Shown here: piece by piece, positions 25,401-36,455 of the stretch
How the letters are laid out: each line of letters starts with the position of its first letter
How positions within the stretch are numbered: the first letter of the stretch is position 1
Assembly (NCBI GenBank): GCA_000092065.1
Contig: CP000591.1
Source of the DNA: Ostreococcus lucimarinus
Lineage: Eukaryota
Direction: 5' to 3' (one strand)
DNA: 64,000 nt
The notes under the pieces: generated by a model
Seen by the model: the letters and a program-made list of their open reading frames with translations, nothing else
Told to the model about the DNA's origin: nothing
The model's database searches: none
Position numbers and translations under genes: made by a program

Positions 25401-27746
25401 CTGTCGCTCTTGTTCCGCTTTCAAGTATAAACGCGTCAAACGGCCGAGATTCTTGCGGCACACCGTCTTGTCCACTGTCGCGCCGCGGCGAATGCGCTCG
25501 CGGTTGTAGTGCGCGACGTTGGTCCACCAATCAGCTTTGCTCTTGACGTATCTCAAGATCATGTTTTCTATAGGTGTCGGCATGCCCGGAACCTTCCACG
25601 GGATGTTCGCCTTGAAGCATCTCCACGCCTCTGAAAGATGCGCGAGAATCGTGCGAGCTTTGTTTTGCTTGACGCCCTCTGGCATGGAATCTAAGATGTC
25701 GTGCATCACGGCTGCGCGTAATTCAAGATCAAAGTGCGACTCGATGCGTTGCTTCGTCACAGTCTTGGCGATGCCCTTGTTGTTACGACCTTCAAATTGA
25801 CGCGCGAGCAAGTTGCCGAGCCATCGTTCGAGTAAAGGCACAATGCCGCGCAAGAAGAAGAGCCACACGCGCCACATGGGGGCCCAGAAGCCCACGCCCG
25901 GCCCTTTACCCACCGGACCCGTATTGAAACGATAGTAAATCAGGTGCTTGAGATCCTTGCACATTCTAATCTGACGCATGAGCTTGTATTTGTATCTGTA
26001 CATCCCAGTCAATTGACCGACGTGCGAGAACACGTATTGCAATCCATCGGCGAGTTGATACGCGTCGATGTTACCGAGACGGAACTGCACGTTGGAATCC
26101 ACCACGAGCTTGGTGAGACGCAAGACTTCGCGGCAGAGGTGGAACGCGTTCCCAAATCGACTCTTCTTACGCTCCTTTGTCGTCAGCGTTTTCACGGGCT
26201 TCAAGTTGAAGTTGTAGTCCAAGTGCAAGTAGTTCAAGTTCTTTCGATGAATCAAGAGATTGAGCATGTTGTAACCTTGCCTACACACTTGCAAACCGAC
26301 TTCGACCCAGTCGAGCTCGGTGCACTGGAAGAATTTCGTCTTCTTCAGCGCGACGAACAAGTTTCGGCGCTTCATCGGCTTCGGCGGGCGCTTATGCAAT
26401 TGGTTCAACACGAAACCTTTCAACAGCTTTTGATACGACACGCGAACCTTGACCGGGTAGCCCGACGGGCAGTGCTCGTGAAACCAGTTGTTCACCAAGG
26501 GCACGTCCATCGCGCGACGCGTCTTCCCGCTCCTCAGGTTGAACGGTCGAGGTGCATAGAGAAGTGCGATCCCACCCGCAGTGTTGTCCGTGTAAAGCGG
26601 GGTGTCTTCTAAAAACGGCTCGATACCATCCGGCAACTGAAAGTCGTCCTCGCCGTCGTCTTCTTCTCGCGGCGTCGTCTTCTGCTTGTTTGACCTATAA
26701 AACGCAATCGGATGAATCAATGGGTCGTAGTAATACGCCGGTAAATCGGGATCTTCCGTCTTGATGAACATCACCATGGGCGTGTGATACACCGCGAGCG
26801 ACACTTTGCGCGGCCGGTTGTTGTACAAGTACGGAAACGCCACCTTGTACTCGGTGCGCAGCGCGCTGCGAATGATGAGCTTGTTGATGTCGTTGAACTC
26901 ATTCCAATCCTCGTCCGCGCGATCCATGTCTCGAAATAACGGCTCAAACTTTGGTCCACCCGGGATGCACATGCCCAAAGCCTTGGCGGTGAAGAAAGAT
27001 TTGTGATCAAAGAGGTAAAAGTAATTTTTATCCGTCAAGTCGCTCAGGAGCTGCGACGACAGTCTGTGCAGGTTCGCCATCACCGGTAGCGGCAACTGCC
27101 ACTTGCGGTAACTCGGTCCGTTGACGAATTTCGTCCACTTCAGCGGGTTATGATCGTAGAACCACTCCGCCACCGCGCCGTCTTCCTCTTCGTCTAACTC
27201 CAGCGCGATCGCCTCCAGCGGGTCCACGTCGAGCAAGTTGTCGGCGTAATCCAACGGCGGTTCTTCGTCGTCAAACGGTGGAAACCGCATGCGCTTAAAA
27301 TGTTTCCTATCCCTCTTCTCCCGTCGCATCATGATCCACATCGTCCCCCACTGCGCGATGAACACCGGCTCGATCACCCTCGGCGTCTCGTTCACAAACG
27401 TAATCGCCCCCGTGATGTGGTAAATCACCTCGCAGTGCCGCACCTGTTCCCACGGCATCGGCATGTTCTCCAACAGTTTATACACCGCGTGCGGCACGAA
27501 TTTCAACGCTCCCAAGTACACCCTCTTATCGTGTCGAAACTTTCGGCTCGACATGTCGCCGTGATCCTTGATAATCTTCCGCACGTGCTCCGGCGGCATC
27601 TCCTCCTTCGGCGGTTCCTGGTACCCAAACTTGCGCCGCGCGCCGTACCGCTTCGCGTTCAGCGCTCGCCACTTCCGCGCCTTCTCCATCACTTCCTCCG
27701 ACACACCGACGTCCATATCATCCCGCGCCGTCGTTTCCTCGTCCAT
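20754..27746 (-). CDS. PRP8: Pre-mRNA-processing-splicing factor 8 (PRP8), 2330 aa, in a single uninterrupted ORF
   Basis: The ATG at 27746 was verified. The N-terminus has [20 protein letters not shown]...[28 protein letters not shown]. Length is about 2330 aa and there is a C-terminal MPN/JAB-type domain. These are hallmark PRP8 sequences. Confidence 0.95.
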
Positions 27747-28194
27747 CGTCTCCGCGTCGTCGTCGCGTCGTCCCGCGCGCGTCGTCGTCGTCGCGATCGT
27801 CCCGCCGCCGCCCTCGCCGGTCGTCGTCTCGCGCGTCGCGTCTCGCGCGCGTCGCGCGCGCGCGTCCGGTCGACGGTTCGCGTCTCACGCGCGTCGCGCG
27901 CGCGTCGCTCGCGTCGCGTCGTCCCGCGCGCGCGCGTCGACGACCGCGCGTCGCGGATTGCGGCGCGGGACGGGACGGAATGCGACGTGGCGCCCGACAA
28001 AGTGGTGCCTCACTGAATGCCCATACGAAGCATCGATGCACTCGTCGACGCGACGACGACGACGCGCGAGACGACATGGGCGATCTCGAGGGACGAAAAG
28101 AACGCGAACGACGCGCGGGACGTCGCGGGCGGGCGCGGGGGGGGTCGGCGCGCGCGGTTCGGGTCGTCGCGGCGTGGAGCCTCGTCGCGGCGGC

Positions 28195-28199
28195 GCGCG

Positions 28200-28243
<44 letters not shown>

Positions 28244-28251
28244 TGTCGAGA
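28195..28251. repeat. (GAC)19 trinucleotide microsatellite
   Basis: A perfect gacgac... run was read directly at 28195-28251. Confidence 0.9.
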
Positions 28252-28770
28252 ATGCCTGGCGGAGGGCGGCGAACGGGTGGGGAGAGTTTGGTGCGCGAGC
28301 ACGCAGACGTGCGAGTCGTTGGAGTTCGCGGGAGGGTGCGACGCGGCGGCGCGAGACGCGAGCGCGTGCGCGACGACGCGAGAACGACTGGCGCGCGCCG
28401 CGGCGCTGGGAGTGCCGAAGATTCGGGTTTTATACGACGCGTACGGGAGAATGAGACGAATTTTGGACGATGCGCTGGCGTTCATGGCGCGGCGACGCGA
28501 GGCGAGGCGCGCGAAGAGGGACGAGATGCGTTAGGGCGTCTTCGCGTCGCGTCGGAACTCTCGGCGACGACGTCGCGATTCCTTGTACGCGGCGGCGCAA
28601 GTACAGATTGTGTGTATATTCAAAGTACGTGTACGGGTGAGTAACTAAGATGCTTAATGCCGCGGGCCGATCGTGTTCGCGTCAACTGAAGGTGAGCTGA
28701 CTTCGAGACGAATTTTATGAGAGCGCGCGCGCGCCAGGTGGAATCGTCAACGGGTGGCCGGTCGCATCGC

Positions 28771-31707
28771 TCACTTTCTTTCCGGAACAGTGCACGGCTT
28801 AATGCCCCAAATCTCCTTCGCGTACTGGTCGATGGTACGATCGGAGTTGAACTTACCGCTGAACGCGGTGGAGATGATGGAGGACTCGGTCCAGCCCATG
28901 GAATCGGCGTACGCCACGTCGACGCGCTCTTGCGCTTCGAGGTAAGACGCGAAATCCTTACCGACGAGGAAGTAGTCACCGCGACCGAAGCCCTCGTTGC
29001 CTTCGAGAGAGCCCAACAACTCCTCGAACTTGTCGCCGAAGACGCCAGATCGAACGTATTCCAACGTTTCCGTGAAGCGCGCATCCGGAACAAACTTACC
29101 CGCGGCGCGCTCGGCTCTCGCCGGTTCGACTTCGGGATCGGTGATACCGAACAAGAAGAAGTTGTCGTCGCCGACGCACTCACGAATTTCGACGTTAGCA
29201 CCATCGAGAGTACCGATGATCAAGCAACCATTCATTTGGAACTTCATGTTGGAAGTACCAGACGCCTCGGTACCGGCGGTGGAGATGTGCTGAGACAACT
29301 CGGACGCCGGGATCAAGGTTTCAGCCAAAGAAACGTTGTAATCCGGAACGAAGACGACCTTGAGCAGATCACCGATCTCCGGATCGTTGTTCACGACGCT
29401 ACCGACGTTGTTGATGAGACGAACGATGCGCTTGGCTTGCGTGTAGGTCGCGTACGCCTTGCCGCCAAAGATGCACACGCGCGGCACGCACTTGGCGCGC
29501 TCCTCCGGAGTCATCGCCTTCATCTGCTTGTATCGGTAAATAATGCCTAAGATGTTCAAGAACTGACGCTTGTACTCGTGGATGCGCTTGACTTGGATGT
29601 CAAACATGGAATCGATGGGAACGTCGATGTCCGTAACCTTCTTGATGTAGTCCTTGCAAATTTTCTTGCGAGCCAACTTCGCCGCTTTCCATTCGGCTTG
29701 GAGCTCCGGGTTAGTGGCGTGTTCGGCCAGCTTGCGGAGCTCGTCGGTATCCGTGACCCACTTGTCGTTACCCACCCATTTGGTGATCACCGCAGAGAGT
29801 TGCGGGTTGCAGAACGCCAACCAACGGCGCGGCGTGACGCCGTTCGTCTTGTTTTGGAACTTCTCCGGGAAGAGCTTGTAAAAGTCGTTGAAGGTGAAAT
29901 CCTTGACGATTTCAGAGTGAATGGCGGCGACGCCGTTGATGGCCATGCCAGAGATGCAGCATAAGTTGGCCATGCGAACCATCGCGGGCTTTTCTTCTTC
30001 CGACTCCTTCTTCTTCTTGTCATCCTTCTTCTTGTCATCCTTCTTGGCCGCCTTGGCCGCCTTGGCCTTGGCCGCCTTTTCTTCCGGAGACACGTAGTTT
30101 TCGAGGATGCTCATCACGCCGATGGAGCGCTCGAGCTCGGCCGCCGGCATGTCGGCGTACTTGGCTCGAACAGACGCGATGAATTCTTCGTCGATGCGCT
30201 TGATGATTTCCATGTGGCGCGGGAGGAGCTCCTCGACCAAATCGAGCGGCCACTTTTCGAGCGCCTCCGGCATGACGGTGTGGTTCGTGTACGCCACGGT
30301 CTTCTTCGTGACGGCCCACGCGTCGTCCCAGCTCAAGCCTTCGTCATCCATCAAGATGCGCATGAGTTCCGGCGCGGCAAGCGTCGGGTGCGTGTCGTTC
30401 ATTTGAATCGCAACCTTTTCGTGGAGCTTGCTCCAGTCAGAGTTGCCACGCTCCTTCCAGCGCGCCAAAATGTCTTGCACGGACGCGGAGCAGAGCATGT
30501 ATTGTTGGCTCAAGCGCAACGCCTTACCTTCGCGCGTGCCATCACCCGGGTAAAGCACGGCGCACAACATGGATGCCAAGTTCGTCGGCCCCATGGAGGT
30601 TTCGTAGTCGCTCGCGTTGAACGCGGCCAAATCGAATTCCACGGCGGACGGTTGAGCGTCCCACATGCGAAGAGAGATGCAGTTGCGCGTCTTGTAACCC
30701 GGAATCGGGGAATCGTACGCGACCGCGCGCACTTGCTTGCCCGGCGCCCACTTGCCGTTGACAACCTTACCGTAGAAAGAAATCGGGTAGCTCACTTGCG
30801 GGCGAGCGACTTCCCACGGGTTGCCGACTTCGAGCCAGTCATCAGCGTACTCGAGCTGCTCCCCGGTCGCCTTGTCGACACCTTGCTTGAACAAACCGTA
30901 CTTGTAACGCAAACCGTAGCCCCAAGCCGGAAGGTCGAGGGTGGCGATGGAGTCCAAAAAACACGACGCCAAGCGACCCAAACCGCCGTTGCCGAGACCG
31001 GCATTGCGTTCGACGCTCATGACGTCTTCCAACGTGTAACCGAGCGAGCGAAGCGCCTCAGAGTACTCGCCGGTGAGACCCATGTTACCGATGGCGTTCG
31101 TCAACGCGCGCCCTTGCAAGTACTCCATGGAAAGGTAGTACGCCTGCTTCGGGTTCTCCTTGTGGAAGTGCGCGTACGTGTCGTTCCATCGCTCCACCAA
31201 CCCTTCGCGAACGCTTTGAGCGGTGGCTTGGTACATTTCCGGCACGCCAAACTCAATCGGAAGCGCGCTCGTGGACTTCGCCGCGTGGTACTGCACGTTC
31301 TCCTTGACCGACTCGGACGTCTTACCGACGTCGGCGGCGACGGCGCGAATCGTCGGCTTGTTCGCCGAAGCTATTAGAGCGTTCAAAATCAACAGTCTCG
31401 TCAGTCTCGCGTTCGTCGCGTTCGAAACCCAAACCTCCGCGTCGGCGGCCGCCGCCAGATCGTCGATCGCCCGCCGTCCACGCCGTCGCGTCGCGTCCCT
31501 CGAGCGCCGAGCCTCGCCCAACGCCGTCGCGCCGTCCCGCCGTCGCCTCCGCCGTCGCGTCCGTCGCGCTCGCGTCGTCCTCGTCGCTCGATCGTCAAAA
31601 AGATGTCCGCCTCGACCGCCAGGCCATGCGGACGGTTGCCCATCGGACGATGACGACGGCGACGTCGCGTCGTCGCGCGGTCGCGCGCACCGTTCGTTCG
31701 CGCGCAT
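28771..31707 (-). CDS. Alpha-1,4-glucan (starch/glycogen) phosphorylase, GT35, plastid-type with a lysine-rich internal insertion. The 5' end is uncertain.
   Basis: The C-terminus ends ...IDQYAKEIWGIKPCTVPERK. Core motifs are MANLCCISGMAINGVAAIHSEIVK, TNGVTPRRWL and EASGTSNMKFQMNGCLIIGTLDGANVEI, the last being the PLP-lysine region. An insertion KAAKAKAAKAAKKDDKKKDDKKKKESEEEKP sits at the position of the plant Pho1 L80 insert. The ORF start at 31977 in the track is GTG, so the first in-frame ATG (31707) was used. The N-terminal extension is basic. Confidence 0.85.
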   Translation of the reverse strand: MRANERCARPRDDATSPSSSSDGQPSAWPGGRGGHLFDDRATRTTRARRTRRRRRRRDGATALGEARRSRDATRRRGRRAIDDLAAAADAEVWVSNATNARLTRLLILNALIASANKPTIRAVAADVGKTSESVKENVQYHAAKSTSALPIEFGVPEMYQATAQSVREGLVERWNDTYAHFHKENPKQAYYLSMEYLQGRALTNAIGNMGLTGEYSEALRSLGYTLEDVMSVERNAGLGNGGLGRLASCFLDSIATLDLPAWGYGLRYKYGLFKQGVDKATGEQLEYADDWLEVGNPWEVARPQVSYPISFYGKVVNGKWAPGKQVRAVAYDSPIPGYKTRNCISLRMWDAQPSAVEFDLAAFNASDYETSMGPTNLASMLCAVLYPGDGTREGKALRLSQQYMLCSASVQDILARWKERGNSDWSKLHEKVAIQMNDTHPTLAAPELMRILMDDEGLSWDDAWAVTKKTVAYTNHTVMPEALEKWPLDLVEELLPRHMEIIKRIDEEFIASVRAKYADMPAAELERSIGVMSILENYVSPEEKAAKAKAAKAAKKDDKKKDDKKKKESEEEKPAMVRMANLCCISGMAINGVAAIHSEIVKDFTFNDFYKLFPEKFQNKTNGVTPRRWLAFCNPQLSAVITKWVGNDKWVTDTDELRKLAEHATNPELQAEWKAAKLARKKICKDYIKKVTDIDVPIDSMFDIQVKRIHEYKRQFLNILGIIYRYKQMKAMTPEERAKCVPRVCIFGGKAYATYTQAKRIVRLINNVGSVVNNDPEIGDLLKVVFVPDYNVSLAETLIPASELSQHISTAGTEASGTSNMKFQMNGCLIIGTLDGANVEIRECVGDDNFFLFGITDPEVEPARAERAAGKFVPDARFTETLEYVRSGVFGDKFEELLGSLEGNEGFGRGDYFLVGKDFASYLEAQERVDVAYADSMGWTESSIISTAFSGKFNSDRTIDQYAKEIWGIKPCTVPERK

Positions 31708-31973
31708 CGCGCGTTCGCGCGTCGCGCCGTCGCTCCCGCGGGCGCTCGCGCGCGCATCGTCACCACGCGCGTCGTGCGCGCGGACATGGTCGATCGGTCG
31801 GCGCGTTCTGCGGGCGCGCGGCGGCGTCGCGCGCAACGAGTGGCGCGCGCTCGCGCGTCGCTCGATGGGGTTCGACGTGTGCGGAATACGACGTTTGTGA
31901 AATGTTTGGTTTTTTATGCGCAACGCGATATTTTTGAAACGCGACGCCGCGGCGGCGGCGGCGGAGGCGACGA

Positions 31974-33179
31974 TCACTTGACCACGGCCTCGAAAGCGTC
32001 GCCCGCGATCGCGTCGTCGTCGGAGGAGACGTTGATGACTTCGTAACGCCAGACGACGGCGGGACCGTAGGCGGCGAAGACGTGGCGGCAGTGATCGACG
32101 ACGGCGGCGGCGTGCACGACGCCAACGACGCGGAGGGGCTGGAGTTCGACGATGTTTTCGCCTGTGCGGGCGTCGTAGACGTAGACGACGCCAGAATCCG
32201 TGCCGTCACCGCACGCGAGGAACTTGCCGTCGCTGGAGACGCCGAATCGGCACGCGGGACCGGTGTACTTGTGGTCGCGATACTTTTCGTTCGGCAGCGT
32301 CCAACTGGCGATGGATTCGTTTCGCTTCAAATCGCACGTCTCGATTCGCCCGTCTCGCGTTTTGGCGAACAACACGTCGTCGACGATGCGCACGCATTCC
32401 ACGGCGAAACGCGGCTTGAACGTGGCCAGCGGTAACGCCTTGGACTTTTGCGAGACGGCGCCCGAGAGATTCCACCTTCGCGCGACGCCGTCGGCGTGAC
32501 CGGTGACGGCGAACGCGCCGTTCGCGTCGCACGCCACCGAACGCGCGTTCGTACCGACGTCAAACGTCCCTACGCACTCTCCCTCGCCGTCGGGCCCACC
32601 GAAAACGTCCCAAGCCTTTAAAAATCCATCCTCGCCCACGGAGACGACGAATCCGTCTCGCGCGCACGCGCCGTCCGCGTCGACGACGCGCGATCCTGGA
32701 TGCGCGTTCAATCGCCCCACCACGCGATTTTCCGCCACGCTAATCACACTTATCCACCCATGTTCATCTCCCGCGGTCACGATCGCGTCCCCGAACTCGT
32801 GCCCCCCCCCCCTCGTCGTCGCCGTCTCGTTTTCCTTCTCGTCGTCCTCGCCCCGCGCGAAGCACACGCACGTAATCTCCCCCCCCGTCTGATGCGCCGT
32901 CGTCTCGTGCGCGTACTGCGCCACGATCGCCGTGTGATCGCCGAAGTGCGCGTCATCGTACACCGTCACCGCGCTCCCGCCGCACGTCGCGTACAGATTC
33001 GACGTCCTCGCGCTTCCGCGCGCGAACTCCACGCGCGTCGTCCGCGCCGCGCCGTGGTTTTCGCGAATCACCGTCTTGAGTCGCAGCGCCCGGAGCGCGT
33101 CTCGCTTCGCGGCGTCGCGCGCGGCCTCGGTGAGGTCGTCGCCCTCGAGCGCCGCGCGCCGCTTCTTCAGCGAGTGCAT
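31974..33179 (-). CDS. WD40-repeat protein, WDR82/Swd2-like (401 aa)
   Basis: The ATG at 33179 was verified. VIRENHGAARTTRVEF...LYATCGGSAVTVYD and the C-terminal FLACGDGTDSGVVYVYDARTGENIVEL...AAYGPAVVW align in pattern with WDR82 (VFRENSDKINCFDF... / FIMIGSEDGKIHVW...). The upstream 340-aa extension of the long ORF is low-complexity antisense of SF1 and was rejected. Confidence 0.55.
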   Translation of the reverse strand: MHSLKKRRAALEGDDLTEAARDAAKRDALRALRLKTVIRENHGAARTTRVEFARGSARTSNLYATCGGSAVTVYDDAHFGDHTAIVAQYAHETTAHQTGGEITCVCFARGEDDEKENETATTRGGGHEFGDAIVTAGDEHGWISVISVAENRVVGRLNAHPGSRVVDADGACARDGFVVSVGEDGFLKAWDVFGGPDGEGECVGTFDVGTNARSVACDANGAFAVTGHADGVARRWNLSGAVSQKSKALPLATFKPRFAVECVRIVDDVLFAKTRDGRIETCDLKRNESIASWTLPNEKYRDHKYTGPACRFGVSSDGKFLACGDGTDSGVVYVYDARTGENIVELQPLRVVGVVHAAAVVDHCRHVFAAYGPAVVWRYEVINVSSDDDAIAGDAFEAVVK

Positions 33180-33503
33180 CGCGGGCGTCGCGCGTCGCCG
33201 TGCGCGGCGTCGCGACAGCTCGGCGATTTGAATCGATCGGCGGGGCGAAGACCCGGTCGGTGCCGTCGAGTCATGACTCGTGACGTATGCGTAAACAGTG
33301 CGGTGTATGAAAAGGGACCGAATCGCGCGGCGCGCCGCGCCGTTCGACGGCCGACGCGCCGGCGCGCGACTCGGAGACGCGCGCGCGAAGGGCCGTCGCG
33401 CGTGAATCCCGATCGCGCGCGGGCGTCGTCGAGACGCGACGCCGGGCGTCGCGAGACGAACGCGGCGACGCTCGGAAAAGGATTCGCGAAGGCGGCGATC
33501 GGC
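33180..33503. promoter_or_regulatory. Putative bidirectional promoter region between the divergent WD40 and SF1 genes
   Basis: The 324-bp spacer between divergent ATGs is inferred from gene arrangement only. Confidence 0.3.
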
Positions 33504-35189
33504 ATGGGCGACGGCGGCGGCGACGACGACGACGCGCGGGGACGGAAGCGCGCGCGAAAGTCGCGATGGGACACGACGGAGAGCGATGGTGGCGCGGACG
33601 CGGCGAACGCGAGCGCGAGGTTCGGGACGGGGAGCGGGGTGGTGCTGCCGGACGCGGCGGCGATTCACGCGCACCTGGCGTCCAAGGGCGTGGTGACGGC
33701 GAACGCGTTTCGAGCGCTGGAGACGGATGATCCGGAGACGGCGCGGAGGTACGCGAAATATCAAGACGTGCAGCAAAGGCTGACGATGCGGGATTTCGTG
33801 GATGAACGGCCGGAGAGCGATCGGAGTCCGTCGCCGCCGCCGAAGTATAACCGGTTCGGCGTCAAGGTGAACACGCGCGAGGCGCGGATGAAGGATAAGT
33901 TGTATCGCGAGCGCGACGAGCTCATCGAGTGGTTGATGGCGAACACGAAACCCGGGCAGTTTCAACCGCCGCACGATTGGCGGCCGAGGAAAAAGGAGAG
34001 AAAGTTGTACGTGCCAGAGGACGAGTATCCGGGGTATAACTTTATCGGGCTGATTTTGGGGCCGCGCGGGAACACGCAAAAGCGCATGGAACGAGAGACG
34101 AACACGCGCATCATGTTGCGAGGGAAAGGAAGCGTTAAACCGGGCGCGCATCGCGACCATAAGACGGATTATAAAGAGGATGAACCCCTGCACGTGGTGA
34201 TTTTAGGCGAGACGTGGGAAGGCGTGGACGCCGCGGCGGAGATGGTCGGACACATCTTGCGTCCGATCGACGAAGAGGCAAACGTGCACAAGCGCATGCA
34301 GCTTCGAGAATTGGCTTCGATCAACGGTACTTTCGTTGAGACGTTCGGGGCATGCAGATTCTGCGGCGTGCAAGGGCACGTGCAAGCGAACTGCCCCGAG
34401 TACGAAAAAGCCGTTTCCGAGGGCTATCGCGCGCCCGTGGAGCTCGTGACGTGTAAGATATGCGGTAACGGCGGGCACCCGACGCGAGATTGCCCGCTCG
34501 CCGGAAATACCGAGGCCGTGGGCGCGGCGAAGCAGGAAATGAATGAGGAGTACTCCGCATTTTTGAATGAAATTGGCGTGAGCAAGGACGACCTTCGCCA
34601 AGGCGGCGGCGCCGCGGGCGCTCCACCGATGCAACACCAGGGCGTTGGCGCACCGCAACGTGGAAACTACAACGCGCGACCGGGTGATTGGACGTGTGAA
34701 CCGTGTGGATACTCAAACTACGCATCGAGACAGTTTTGCAAACGGTGCAACGAGACGCGACCAGGCGTCGGCGGAGGCGGAGCGCCGCCGCTGCACGGGG
34801 GCGGGCATCACGGTCAACAAAACTACGGCGGCGCGCCGCCGCAATTCGGAGGTGGGTATCAACAACAAGCACCGCCGCCGCGCCGCGCGCCGCCGCCCCC
34901 GCCTCCGATCCCGGCCGGCATGCAGGTGCAAGGTGGATACGTGGTGCCCGCGGATGTGCCGCCTCCGCCTCCGGAGGACGGCTCCGCGGGCATGCCTCCG
35001 CCTCCGCCACCCGAGGATGGCTCCGCGGGCGTACCACCGCCCGCGATGGTGATGCAAGTGCCGCCACCGCCGGTGCAAAACGTCGCGGCGGTACCGGCAC
35101 CTCGAGCGGTCGCCGTTCCGCGGCCGCACGCCCCGATCGAAGAACCAGAGGAGGGCGAAGTCGGCGAGGTGCCTCCGCCGCCGCCATGA
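33504..35189 (+). CDS. SF1: Splicing factor 1 / branchpoint-binding protein (KH domain, two CCHC zinc knuckles, RanBP2-like ZnF, Pro-rich C-terminus)
   Basis: The ATG at 33504 was verified. The KH domain reads YVPEDEYPGYNFIGLILGPRGNTQKRMERETNTRIMLRGKGS. Zinc knuckles are CRFCGVQGHVQANCP and CKICGNGGHPTRDCP. The N-terminal RKRARKSRWD matches the conserved basic motif of SF1. Confidence 0.85.
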   Translation: MGDGGGDDDDARGRKRARKSRWDTTESDGGADAANASARFGTGSGVVLPDAAAIHAHLASKGVVTANAFRALETDDPETARRYAKYQDVQQRLTMRDFVDERPESDRSPSPPPKYNRFGVKVNTREARMKDKLYRERDELIEWLMANTKPGQFQPPHDWRPRKKERKLYVPEDEYPGYNFIGLILGPRGNTQKRMERETNTRIMLRGKGSVKPGAHRDHKTDYKEDEPLHVVILGETWEGVDAAAEMVGHILRPIDEEANVHKRMQLRELASINGTFVETFGACRFCGVQGHVQANCPEYEKAVSEGYRAPVELVTCKICGNGGHPTRDCPLAGNTEAVGAAKQEMNEEYSAFLNEIGVSKDDLRQGGGAAGAPPMQHQGVGAPQRGNYNARPGDWTCEPCGYSNYASRQFCKRCNETRPGVGGGGAPPLHGGGHHGQQNYGGAPPQFGGGYQQQAPPPRRAPPPPPPIPAGMQVQGGYVVPADVPPPPPEDGSAGMPPPPPPEDGSAGVPPPAMVMQVPPPPVQNVAAVPAPRAVAVPRPHAPIEEPEEGEVGEVPPPPP

Positions 35190-35310
35190 ACAACCTTTAG
35201 TTTCGCCTAGTTAAGTTTGTCATTGGATTGTTTAGCGTCATGCTTGTTACATCACCCGTTCTCACACGTCTATGAGCTACATCTAAAGTGCCTAGGCCTA
35301 TCTATCTATC

Positions 35311-36455
35311 TTATCTCCCTCGCCGCATCTCGGCGTATTCGTCTTCGCTCGCGCGAAGCAGCGTTAGCATTCTCTTCGCGTTTTCGCCGCCGTCGTTGTT
35401 GACGTGCGGGAAAATGAACTTTGGGTTCATGAAGCGCACAAACTCGCGTAACTCGTTCAGGCTCGAGTGTTCGGAGTACGGCAAACCGTATTGAATCAGC
35501 CTCCCGCGCTGCCTTCGCGACGTTGCTCTCGCCGTTTTCTTCTGCGCGCTAAACGTCCAACCCGTCGGACGAAACGCGATAACGGTGTCGAATCGACTTT
35601 TATAATACTTCAAAATGGACGCCATCTTCATGAAACTCGTCGAGCCCATCGGAACGACGTGCAAGTTTGTTTTCGAGTCGTCGTGCGTCATGGCGCTTCT
35701 CTCCTCGGGATCGAGCGCTATGGCGTCCATGACGCTTCGCTTCGCCTTTCCGATGTACACCTTGCGATTCAACACCTTTGCAGCTTCTAAAAACACTTTC
35801 TCTTTTCCGATCGTGTACGTCCCGAACAAGAACAACTTGCGCGTCGAGAGCAAGTCCTCGTGCACCACGGCGTCGCGAACGGCTTTCAACACGCGCTCTT
35901 GCGTCGGAAAATCGTCGTGTTCGAGCGAACAATACGTCGTGTCGAGGATCAATATCGGCCTCGGCGCCGAAGGATCGCTCGTGATCCGCAAAAGCGTCGG
36001 ATCGTTCCGCATGCCGTCGTGAAATCTAAAATCTCCCGTGTGCAACACCGGCGACGCGTCGCGCCGATGCGGAAACTCGAAACAAATCATCGCCGCTCCC
36101 GGGCAATGATTCGCGCGCAAGAACGTCACGTCCACGCCATCCACGCGCACGACGACGCCGAACTCAACCACGCGCAACCGTTCGCGCGGCACCCCGATCT
36201 TCGTTCGCACCAACTCCGTCGTCGTCCGCGTTCCGTACACGACGCCGCGATCGAACGTTCGCGTCAACCCGCGGTGATGATCCGCGTGAAAGTGCGTCAG
36301 AAACCAGTGTTCGCACCGCGCTTCGCTCGACGCCGCGTACTCGAACCCATCGACGATGAACATCGTTCCCGGCGGCCGTATCCACGCCGGCGGTTTCGCC
36401 TTCGCCTTCGCCTTCGCCGGCGGTTTCGGTTTCGGTTTCGGTTTCGGTTTCGCCT

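Noticed and set aside
27300-28644. Arg/Ser-rich ORFs (27300..28016 +, 27568..28644 +, 27718..28485 -) in the PRP8 5' end and upstream spacer
   Set aside because: They overlap PRP8 in antisense or lie across the (GAC)n microsatellite. The sequence is low-complexity with no domain signal. Only the PSI-like cysteine pattern was kept, as a low-interest finding.
33180-34193. N-terminal 340-aa extension of the WD40 ORF (track ORF 31974..34193)
   Set aside because: The extension is Arg/Pro/Leu-rich low-complexity and is antisense to the well-supported SF1 gene, which has KH domain and zinc knuckles in the plus frame. The WD40 homology begins only at the ATG at 33179.
34321-35200. Minus-strand 290-aa ORF and plus 135/165-aa ORFs overlapping the SF1 3' region
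   Set aside because: They are antisense or alternative frame to the Pro-rich SF1 C-terminus. They are R/A/P-rich noise typical of GC-rich sequence.
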